A DNA stretch of 50,811 nt from a virus, in IMG/VR virus record IMGVR_UViG_3300009124_000025, positions 1 to 50,811 of that record. One strand, 5' to 3'. A program made the position numbers and the translations under genes. Each line of letters begins with the position of its first letter. The first letter of the stretch is position 1. The notes below the pieces were generated by a model, which was given only the letters and a program-made list of their open reading frames with translations, was not told the DNA's origin and ran no database searches. Below are positions 14,544 through 26,500 of this stretch, piece by piece.

Positions 14544-17500
14544 CCGGACAAGACATCCCCCCGTCAATCTATGACGAGATCCTGAACCGCCACCACAACG
14601 AACGCAGCCTGCGCAGGGCTGCGAACGTTGCCGCCGGGCTGGCGGACAAGCGAGACCCGAGCGAGATCGGGGAAGCCTTGCAGATGGCGCGCAAGTTCAA
14701 GTCCCCGTTGGTTCCGGGTCTTGAAGCGTTGCACCAAGCCAAGGTGAAAGAAGCCGCGCAGGGGGTGAAGCCGCGCAGCTTCGCCGAGCGCTTCCCGGCT
14801 TTGTCGCGTCGGTTGGAGAACCCGGACATCGACTTCACGTCGATGACCCGCGACGACATGGGCAACCTGACGGAGACGGAGAATTGGTATAGCTGGCTTG
14901 GGCGTTCGTTCGACGGCAGCTTCACCGAGACGATGGCTAAGGGTCTGCGGCTCGCTGGTATCCCTATCCAAGAAGAGTCCAAGATTGACCGAGAGAAGCG
15001 GAGACAGATCGCGCAGATTCGGGGTGAGCGCGACACGGGGGCTGTAGCCTGGGGGCAGGACGCGATCGAAGTCGTCAAGTCTCTCGCCGCGGTTGTCGGC
15101 GGCGGCCTCGTCGGCGGGTTGGTGGGCGGCCCGCCTGGGGCCGCGGTCGGAGCAACGTCGGTTGGTTACGTGCTTAACTCCGGCGACGTCTACGGAGCCT
15201 TGCAAGACGCGGGGTTCACGCCGGAACAGTCAGCAGGCTACGCGCGCGGGTGGGGCGCCGTGATGGCTGGAATCGACGCGGCGTCCGCGGGCCTAGCGTC
15301 AAACGCGTTCAGTAAGACAATTGGCAAGCGTTTGCTCGGCGATTTGCTCAGCAAGAAGCTGACAGTTGAAGCTAAGCAAGAGTTGTTGCTGGCCGGGATC
15401 AAAGAGCACTTGATCGGGTGGAGCACAGAAACGATCACAGAAGTCGTGCAGCAGGGCGCGTCGATCGCGGCCCGGTATCAGGCACACCTCAAATACCGAG
15501 AAGGCGAAGCGTTTGACGTCGACATCAAGGGCGAACTCTTCGACACGTTCGTGCACACAGCCCGCGGCATGGCTGTCGTCTCGGGTGCCGGGGCCACCGT
15601 TCGAGCTATACGAGACCAGCGCCGGGCCGCGAACGCCAAGTTGACCGCGGAAGCGCACCAGCGGATGGAGACGCTGGAAGCCAACAGCAAACTCCGGCAG
15701 CGAGACCCGGAGTCCCGAGAAGAGTTCAACAACGACGCAGCCCCGGACAGCATCAAGACGGCCTACATCCGAGCCGACAAGTTTCTTGAGCAAGTCGAAG
15801 CTGCGGAGAAGAACGACCCGGACTTCAGGGAAAAGCTAGAGAACAGCCATCCTGGCTTGCTGGCGAAAGCGCAGGAAGCTTCGCAATCTGGCGGCAACGT
15901 AGAGGTCCCGGTCGGGCAGTGGTCAACGTTGGCGCTGGGCGACTTCGGCCGGAACTTGATGCCGCACACGGTCTACCACCAAGACGCAGACACGCAGTTC
16001 GAGCGCGGAGAGATCGACAAGATCGGCGCAGGCTACGAGCCTTTGATGGCTGAAGCGGCCAAGCGAGCCGAGACTGACTCCGAGTTCGCCAAGCTGATCG
16101 AAGGGATCTACGACTACTTCTACGAGCGCGGCGGCGTCGACCAACCCAACATTACTCGGGACCAGCGCGCGGCAAACGCGTCGTTGTCTCGGGCGATCAT
16201 CATGTCGCTCGCTAGAGACGAAGGAATTGAACTGGCCGAGTATTGGCAGAAATACGGCCCGAGCATCGCCGGGTCGATGCAGTCGTCTACCGAGGTGTCG
16301 CAGCAAGCTCTGCCCGAGCTAGTAACGTCGATCTCGGCTGAGGAAGAAGCAACTACCGAGAACACAAACCCGACAACCCAGATCGGGAGCGTCACCGTCC
16401 AAGCCGTTCGCAAGAACGTCTACCGATGGCACGAACTCGGGATCTCCGGAACCTTGTCGGTCAACGACAAGGGCGACGTCCAGATCGACACCATCGACGA
16501 CATGGTCGACGTGAAGTCACTTGGCCGAGTTCTACAAGAACTGTCCAAGCAGTTTGACCGGATCGGTGTCGCGGGTCCGTTGGTTGCAGCCGCAAAAGAA
16601 GGGTTGCAGAAGGTTGGCGTTGACCCCGATGCGGCCACGCAAACGTCTGGCGAAGACTTAGACGCGCTGCTCAAGAACTGGGACACCGTCAACAGGAGCC
16701 GACGATCTGATGAATGGTTTGACGGCGCAAATGTAAACGAGGAGTCGCGCTCAGGCTTCCAAGATGCTTTGCAGGAGGGAGGTGACCGACTCCAGTCTCA
16801 CGGCATGAGTAAGGAGTCAACTTTGACCGGGGCTGTTAGGAACCTGCTCAACATGCTTGGGCAGGGTTTGGACCCTGCGCGACGTGGCGGGAAACTAGAC
16901 ACCGCGCCTCTGGTCACAGGAGAGCAGGGGTCTGGCGCAGGGATCGGAACTGCCAGCGGGACATCTTACAAAGACGGCCCGTTCATTCTGGTTGCTCGCG
17001 AAGGACAGGGGCTGTCCGGCAACCTTGATGGGCTGGGGGCTATTCTCGTCAACGAGACTAACGCCGAAATCGTTGAGGCTCTTCGGCAACAGGTGCAGGC
17101 GATCCGGCCCGACGTAGTAGTTGAGTCTTACGCCAATGCTGGGTCAGCGGTTCGTCAAGTAATCCAAGGTCCGTCTGCTCGCTCCGATTCTGATGTTGTC
17201 CGGCAAGACGAGATCGAAGACGAAAGTCAAATCGTCGTCGAATCGACGGACGAGCAGCGTCGCGACCGGGTCTACCAGACGCCGCAATTTAAACAGTGGT
17301 TCAGAGACTCCAAGGTTGTTGACGACGAGGGCAAGCCGCTCATCGTCTACCACGGAACTACCAAGAACTACGGCGGGACGTTTGAGACAGGAACCTTGTC
17401 GGTGGAGAGCGACCTCGGCGCGGGCTTCTACTTTTCTAGCAGCACTTCCGACGTCAACTGGAACTACGCGAACCCGCTGGGTGCAGACGTTCAAAACCGA

Positions 17501-20500
17501 ATTGGTCGTCGTCAAGAACAGCTAATGGATCAAGACGTCGAAGAGTCGGAAGCAGGCGCTATCGCTCTCGAAGAGAACTTGCAGAACAAGGGCCGCATCA
17601 CCCCTGTTCTTTTGTCTATCCAAAACCCTGTCATTCTGGGCGGCGACCAAGCGACACGGTTTACTTACGAGATGGAGGTAGACGAGGACGGCGACCCGAC
17701 CGGAGAAGAGTCTGGAACGCTTCTCGATCTGATCGACGCGCTCTACGAAATTGATCTCGGAATCGGCGACGCAGGCGTGCTGCCCGAAATAGCCGCGCGC
17801 ATCATGCAACTCGCGGACGACGGCAGCGTCTCAGCCAACGACGTCATCGAGTTGCTAAGAAACGAGTTCCAAGACGAGATCGACGAAGACGGTAACCTTA
17901 TAGCCTACGACATACCTCGCCGGGTGTTTGCGGAGATGGGGTTCGATGGGTTCATCGACCACACCGTCCAACAAAAGTTCCCGACGATGGAGATCCCGGA
18001 CGGCACGACGCACTACGTCGCGTTTAAGCCGACGCAGATCAAGTCGGTCAACAACGAGGGCGGGTTCTCAGTTCGCGACCCCGACATCTTGTCGCAGGAC
18101 GAGATCGTTGACGAAGCATCGCCGGAACAGTTCCGCGACTTCGTTATCCAGTCAGAGCAATTCCAACGCTTCTTCGGCGACTCCAAGGTTGTCGACGAAT
18201 CAGGCAAGCCGTTGATTCTCTACCGGGGGCTCCGCTCAGTGAAGGGGCTTAGCCGGGGTGGGGCTACGGAACGAGGCCGCGCAACGATGTCGTTCACCGA
18301 CAACGCGGACGTGGCCGGGGTTTACTCGGGCATTGACAGCAGCGGAGAAGTTCCGCGCGCGAACCGCGGGCTTTTTCAAACCCCGGTCAGCAGTTTGACC
18401 CCGGTGTTCGTCCGCATGGTCAACCCGCTGGACCTTACGAAACTCGGTGCGACCGTCTCGTTGTGGGACGTGATCGAGGGCATGAACTGGAGCTTCGACG
18501 TCGAATACGGAGACCCCAACCAAGACAAACAAATCGGCTACGAAGACGTCGCCAGCGCAATTGAGGGGCTGGACGACATGGCGTTCAACACGAACGCGTT
18601 TTTCCGTCTCCCCAGCAGCGCCCAAATGTATGCCCCCGGAGGCATCAGATCGTTCCAAGAGTTAGGTGACCTGATCCGTGATCTCGGTGCCCAAGAACCC
18701 GAGTCGATTGAATTGTTTTTGATGGAGACGGAGATCGACGCCTTTGTTCTGGGCGACGATGCGGGGTTCGTCTCGCTCATGCAGCAAGCTGGGTTTGACG
18801 GATTAATCCATAGCGACCCGTTTGTTGGAACCGGAATGATGTCGGACGACGCGTCCAACGCTTTGGTAAGGGTCCCGGGGTCATTCGGAGACGACACCAT
18901 CCACACCACGTGGAGACCGTTCTCGACCAATCAGGTCAAGTCGGTAAACAACCAGGGCACGTTCGACCGGAGCGTTGACGACATCCTGCTGCAAGACGAA
19001 GAACCGCCGAAGCCAGACGAGGTCTTGGCTTGGGGCGGTGCTGCCGGAGACCTAGCGCGCAAGAATCAGTTCAAGCGCAGGCGCGACTACAAGATGGCGA
19101 TCCACACGCTCCCCGAGTCGGACGCGGTTCGCGCCATGTCGCCGGAAGAGCGCACCGCGCACATCCAGAAGGTAGGGGTCCGCGATGCCTTGTTCGCGCT
19201 AGAGCACAGCCCGAACGCGGTCGGTTGGTATGACAAGAAGATCCAAGCCGCGGTCAAGACGCTAGCCGTCCTACACCCGGAGATCTTGACCAAGAAGCAG
19301 AAGCGACTCCAGTTCATGTGGGCGCTAGCGGTCACGTCCAACGGACTGAAGGTTGATGACAACTTCAACTTGGCGGGAGAGGTCTTTCAAAGCGCGGGTA
19401 AGCACTTCCCGACCGACGTCGGGCGCGGCGACGCGGCCAACCAAATCAACCTCGGGCTCAAGCTCTACAACACGCTGGTAGACAAGTGGGGTGTAGACAA
19501 GCTCGCCGCGTTCATGCTGACGCCGACGACGCCGAAGCAGTTGCAAATCCTGTTCGAAGCGGAAGGCATCGAGCACGAAATCAGCGGCTCCGAACTAATC
19601 ACCCAAGAAGTCTACGGGGCCTACGTTCTTGGCCCGAAGATCGGCAACGGGTTCTTCATGAACCTGCACGGAGAGTTGAACCAACTGACGATGGACCGGT
19701 GGTTCATGCGGACGTGGGGCCGGTGGACGGGTTCGCTGTTCAAGTTCAACGAGGAGTTGGCAGCGAAGCAGATGTCATCCTTCCGGTCTGCGCTGATGAG
19801 GCTGACCAAGTCGAAGAACTGGAGCGTGATCCGAGACGACGTCAACGCGCTCTACGGCTTCGACATCTTCAACACGCCGCTCGAAGAAGTGGCTCGGCGA
19901 ACCCAGCGGCTAGCGACGAAGAAGGAGACCCGCGACACGTGGTTCTCGATGAGCCCGGAGATGAACGATCTCCGCAAAGCGGGTAACCGAGTAGCAACCG
20001 GCTTGGACGGACAAGTCGAAATCCCGGCAAACGGATCTATTCGAGCAGACATTCGGAAGCACTTGACCAGCATCCTGGCCGAGATCCAAGCGATGCCGGA
20101 ATACGTCAACTTGTCGATGGCCGACTTGCAAGCTGCGCTCTGGTATGCCGAGAAACGGCACTACGAGCAGGCAACCGAAGGCAGCGACACCGTTGACGCT
20201 TACGACGACGACGAAGCTCCGGACTACGAGAACGCCGCCCGAGACTACGTGATGTCGCGAGGCGACTATCGCGGCACAATCGAAGCCGCGGTAGCGGAAC
20301 CAGACATCGCGTTGCGGCTGGCAGACCGCGCGTTCATCGAACCGTCAATCTTGGCCCCAGCCGGTCTGCCAGAATCGCAACAAGCCGAGATGCTCGGAGA
20401 CGCCGCTGCTCGAATCACCGCGCTGAAAGCTGAAGAAGACGTCGAGTTCACGTGGAAGCACGTCCCGGTGTCGAAGAACTACGAGAACCGGTTTTTCCAT

Positions 20501-23500
20501 TTCCACGCAAAAGATCAGCTAAACACGTCAAAGCGCAAATACGAAGAACCCCAAGTCATGGCGCACGCCGTCTACGTGCCGGGGAAGAGCTACCGAAACC
20601 TTTGGTCAAACGTTCCGTCTGCTCAAGAAACCTACCTCGTAGAACTCAAAACGAAGGCCAGGACTTTGATCACTTTCCAGCAAGTGAGCGAAGCCCGCCC
20701 CGCGCCCGACGCGCTGTCTAGCCGCTTGTTTGCATTGTTTCTGGCGAAGCACGTTGACTCGACAGACAATCAGCCGGGCCAGAAAACGTTTGGGGCGTTC
20801 CCGCAAGCCGTGTTCGGCGTGGACGACAACGGGGAACTGTTGGGCACAAACGACAGCCAACCTTACACCCCCGGCGATGACGAGTTTGACTGGACGGTAG
20901 ACTACCAGATCATGCTAGCGGCTCGGCGAGCCGGGGTTCGCTACATGCGTCTCTCAGACAAGCGCGAAATAGACGCAGCCTTGGCCGCGGGCGCGATTCC
21001 TGTCAACTACACGAAAGCCCAAAGGGGGGCTCCTGTCAGCAGCGGTAACACCGCGTCACGGATGGCGGAAGGGAAAGCCGGAGCAGGCTACGACGTCTAC
21101 GGGTTTGTGTTCGGCAAGCCGGGTGTGTCCCCGATCAAGTCTTACGACGACTTGATGACGAACAGTTCGTCGCTGACGGTGAACCCAGATTCGGCCACTC
21201 AGCGACGTCAACTCGACGAGATGGCAGACGGCGCGCAAGTCAAAATGTGGCCGCGTCGCAACCTGATAGCCGTTCACACCATGAACGAAGACAAGCTCCT
21301 GAGCGCGTTCGACGCGGATTTGGACGGCTTGACTGCCCCGAGCATTGCGGTTTCGCAAGCCACAACAGGGCACAGGTGGCGCGGTTCTGTCCAAATCGTG
21401 CTCAAAAACTCGGCCGTGCTCAACGACGGCCAAATCTACGACTCAGACGTTTGGTCGCAGCGTTACAGAGAGCCCGCCGTCGTTACCGATTACGCGATCA
21501 CGGCAGAGACGGTGCGTCTCGTTGCCGAAAGGTTGCTCACTAAACGACACCAAGAGTCGGGGGCTCCGCTTGTTGACATCGAAACAGCGCTAGACATGGC
21601 GGCGTCGATGGCTGACTCGTATTTCGGGAACACGTTGCCGGGTGCTCGCGACTTCTTCGACGCGTCGCAGCAAACGTTGCGCGACATCCTCGCAGGCAAA
21701 CTAGGTGTGCCTCAACTCGCAATGGCTCCAGGCGAAACGACTATTAGGCGAGTAGTCCGACTGTTCGAAGCCGCAGGGATTGGCGAGTTGTTTTTTGGGC
21801 CGTTGACCAATCTGTTTGAGTATGAGTCGGGATCCATGAAGACAGTTGGTCGGCTCATCTACCGCCCGGTGAGCACCACGACAACGATGGCTAACCCGAA
21901 GCCGAGCGAAGTCATTAAAGTGGCGCGGCTCATGAGAACTTTGGCTTCCATACAAGCTGGAGTCAACATTGAGACTCTGATCAACGGGCACACATACCGA
22001 GTCCGTGAAGCTGAGTTCCTGGGTGAAGACCCTCTAAAAGTCGAGCCTGAGCACAACCTGCCGCGGAACACCTCGGCAACGCAAGAAGCTGAAGACGGGA
22101 TCAAGCAAGCAATTCTTGACGAGCTTGAGAAAAACCCAGCGCTGCTTACCACGCTTAAGGAACACCTAGCGTGGATTCGCGAGACTGTCCTGGGGCCTGA
22201 TGGCACCGCAATTGCGGCGCAGGGGCTCGGGTCGACGGCGATGCCTGGAGGCATCGCAATTTCGGTAACAGACCCAACGATTAGCACAGATGCGCGCAAA
22301 GCCGGGGTGTGGTCGAGAGCGCTTCAGCCTTACCTTGAAAACATTAGTCAGCAAGACGGCGAAACTGAGGCGCAATTTACGGTCCGGGCTTTGGCGCAAG
22401 CCCTTCAAGGTATCGCCGAAATAGACAAATCGACCGGGGTCAAACAGGCACTGTTTACTCACGGAGAGGCCAAACAAGTTCAACAAGCCATAGAAGACTT
22501 GGCGGGCCAAAGACGAATACTCAAAGACACAGGAGAGGACGTCACCAGCGACGCACTTCTCCGCATCTTCCAAAACAGTCTTACCGACCCCATGGACGCT
22601 CGGGGTCAAGAATCCGTATTCAGCATTGACTTGCCGCAGCTTCGGACTGCGATGGGTCGACAATTGTCGGCCGACACCATTAACGAAGTCGCTCAGTCTA
22701 GGCGCGCAGTTGTCGTTGACCGCAAAAATCAACAGGTCGCGCACGACCGAACGCGGGTGCTGGAAGGTGAGTTCCTTTCGTCAGGTAAAGGCCCCAAAGC
22801 ATTCGCGGGGGCACCCGGGAAGCCTCTGTTTTACGGCTCGGCTATTTTCAGCTTGATGCTGGACGAACGTTTAGGCGCCAACTACGACGCCGCAATCACG
22901 GTGCTAGACTTGCGTCGAGTTACGGTTGCCCTCTCAAACGAGAACAACCCGACAGACAAAGACAAAACCATCAGACGGTTTCTTGACACGAACACGGTGC
23001 TCAAAACGCGTCTCCAGATGGGGGTTGGGGATAGCGTGGATCGAGTGATTATGGACATCCAACGCTTGTGCGCCGCGCTTAACGTCCTGTCCCCGGACGA
23101 AAACTTGCCGGGGCAAACCCCGGCAAGTCAGGCTAGATTCGCCAAAAACCCTGACCTCACCCCGGAGCAAGCGCAGCTATATGTCGACTTCCTCAACTCG
23201 CTGCGGCGAGCGGGAGAGGAATACTACGAAGCCAAGCCCATCAAGACGGTCACCTGGGACGACATGGGGGTAGTGCTTATCGGGGACTGGCTCGGAGACG
23301 ACGTTAAAAAGAAGCTGGAGGCGGAACTAAAGAAGCGCAAAGTTCGAACCATGCGCCGGACCAACCTCGAAGGTAGCTCGCTGCATGGTGCTTTGCAGAA
23401 GTTGCCCAAGTCTGCGCGACTTGACAAAGACATCTTGTTCCAAACGGAAGAAGGTGAGTTGGAAAGCGGGTCGACGTCGGGCCGCGGTGGCCCCCGAGGC

Positions 23501-26500
23501 GGCTACAGCCGCAAGCTCAACTCCATCTTCCTGAACGAAAGCGCTGACGCATCCACGTTGATGCACGAGATGGCGCACTTCTACTTGGACGAGCTAACCC
23601 GCATCGCGGAAGAGCAAGGCCCGGATTCGGAGGCATACCGCAAACTGCAAACCTTGGTGCAGTGGATGGGCATGCCGTCAGTCGATCACTGGATGGCGCT
23701 AAGCCGGGACCAAAAGCGAACCGGGCACGAGGCGTTCGCGCATTCTTTTGAGCGGTTCCTTTACGACGGGGTGTCGCCGAACACCGCGATGGAGAAGGCG
23801 TTCCGCGGATTCCGCAAGTGGATGATCGCCATCTACCACGACGTCGAGACCCGGCTGAACAAGCAATACCAGAAGACAAGTGGTGGGGAAGACCTGCCCG
23901 CGCTGACTCCGGACGTGCGCGAAGTCTTCGGTGCCATGCTGGGCGTCGAGGCGGAAGCGAACTCGTCGGTCGAGGCTGCGGACTTCGAGTCGTTGTTCCA
24001 GACGGAAGAAGAGTGGGTCAAACTAGGCGGAACTCCGGAGGAGTATCGGCGACTGCAAGAGATGCACCGGGAAGCGGACGAGAAGATGCTCGACGACTTG
24101 ACCCGTGCTCGCTTGCGCGCGATGGCCTACGCGGGCAACTCGCAGGACGCTGAGCGCAGAAAGCTGCAACGCCAATATCGAGAAGCCCGAGCCGCGCTCA
24201 AGCCGGGGATCGAAGCCTCGGTCCGCAACTCGGTGACCGAACGCGCTCGCTCGTGGCTGCGCAACGGCCTGCACCTGGACGAGAACGGCGAAGTCATTTC
24301 GACGATGGGCCGGGTCACGACCAACAAGCTGAACCGGGGGACGGTCAAGGAGATGGTCGACGCGCGAACGTTTAAGCGCCTCGACGAGATGGGCGTGCTC
24401 AACGATGAGGGCGCTGACCCCTCGGTCGTGGCCTCGATGTTCGGGGTCGACTCCGGCGAGACCCTGCTCGACGCGGTCGCCAACGACCCGCCGATGGAGC
24501 AAGCCGTAGAACGCCGTCTGAAGGCCGAAATGCGGCGCAAGCACCCTGAGTTGACCGACCCGAAGTTGATCAAGGAGCAGATCGCTGAGGCCGTCCACAA
24601 CAAGGTCCGGCACCAGATCATCGCGCGGGAGTTGCAATACTTGGCCCGGGAAGACCGGTCGCACCAATTGTTGTGGAAGGCGGCCAAGCAGGTCGCGTTT
24701 AAGCAACTGGCCCTCACCCCGGTGCAGAACATCTTGCCGTCGCGCTACTCCGTCTCGGCCCGCAAAGCGCGCAACGCGGCCCGCCAAGCCCTGAAGGAAG
24801 GCAACCGGGACAAGGCGATGCAGGCCAAGCGGCAAGAGATGCTGGCCGAAGCCTTGGTGGCCGCAGCGACTGAGGTCCGTAAGGAAGTCCAGAAGTTCGA
24901 GAAGCTGGCCGCGGTCGCGCGCAAGTCGGACAAGAAGTTGCGCAAGACGCGCGACATGAACTACGTCGAGGTGATGCGCGCAGCGCTAGCGTTTGTCGAC
25001 GCTGGCGAGAAGGGCGTGTCGCCGCAGCAGGCCCTCAGCAACATCAGGCAATACGCGCCCGAAGTCCTGACGAACGTGCAGAAGCACTTGGAAGGACTGC
25101 AAACCATGATGTCGGAGCTTGGCATGCTCAAGCCGACCGACCGAGTGAAGCGCTACATGAAGCTGCCGCTTGACAAGTTCCGGCTAGTGGCCGGAACCGT
25201 CGAGATGCTGGACGGGGTCAGCAAGGCTTCGCACTCCATCACGCTGGAGGGCAAGAGGGTCAACCGCGAGCAGACCGTGAAGGACGCGTCAGACCAACTC
25301 GACCTGATGTATCAGGACGAGGTCGATCGCGAAGAAAGCGGGTCGCCGAACACATGGGACAACCTTGTCGACCGGGTTCGATCCTACAAGCATGCGCTTA
25401 CTCGTCCGGAGCACTTGTTCCGCGAGATCGGCGGCGTGTTCCCGCAGTTGTTCGCGCGCATGAAGGACGCCGCGCTCAGCTACCGACGCATGGCTCGGGT
25501 CCTCACCGACGAATACGCGAAGGACTTGAAGGGGCTGAACCTGCGCGAAGACCGGCGGAAGATCCGAAGCGAAGAACTTAAGTTCGTCTTCGGCCGCGGC
25601 TCGGTGCCAGCAAAGGTCGAGATCCTCGGGATGCTGCTGCACTTCTACAGCCACGGGGCCGACAGCCAAGGCATCAGCAACCGCGACAAGCTGTTGGCTA
25701 GTGAGGGTTGGACCGAAGACGGGGTGAACAAGTTCGTCAACGCCATGGTCAAGCAGAAGATCTTGACCGCCGAGGACTTCGACTTCATCCGCAAGGTCTA
25801 CGCGCGGAACGAGAAACTGATCCCGCAGATCCAACGCGCGCACTTCAAGCGGCTTGGCTACTACATGGAACTGCTGAAGGTGGAGGAACAAGACACGCCC
25901 TTCGGCCCGGTGAAGGGATACATCCCGGCCAGCCCGGATCGCCGACGCGTCGGCCGAACGATGAAGTTTGACGAAGACAACATCGCGGAGATGCACGGCA
26001 ACATGCCGATGCGCAACGACGGCTTCACCAAGAGCCGCAGCGAAAAGGTCGCGATGAAACTGGACTTCAACCTGGGCGGGTTGACCCGGCACTACGCGCA
26101 AGTCGCCAACTTCGTGCACATGCAACCGGCTTACGCAGACGTGGCCAGCATCCTGCTGCACCCGCAACTGCAAGCCAAGATGGAGGAGAAGTTCGGGCGC
26201 ACGTTCAACAACGCGGTGATCGACTCGTGGCTGAAGGCGGCCACGAACCAGACCACCGAGCCCGCGATGAACATGATCGAGAAGGTTGTCGACGGCATGA
26301 GCCGCAGCGCGAAGACCGCTGTCATGGCCGTCAACATCCCGGTCGCGCTCATGAACCTCACCGGGTTCGGGCCGATCCTGCGGGAAGTCAAGCCGAGCTA
26401 CTTCATGCGCGCGGCGTTCCGTTACATCACCGAGATGCCGACCGTCGTCCGCGAAGTCCGCAAGTTCAAGTCGATGGACGAACGCATCGGCAAGCAGATG

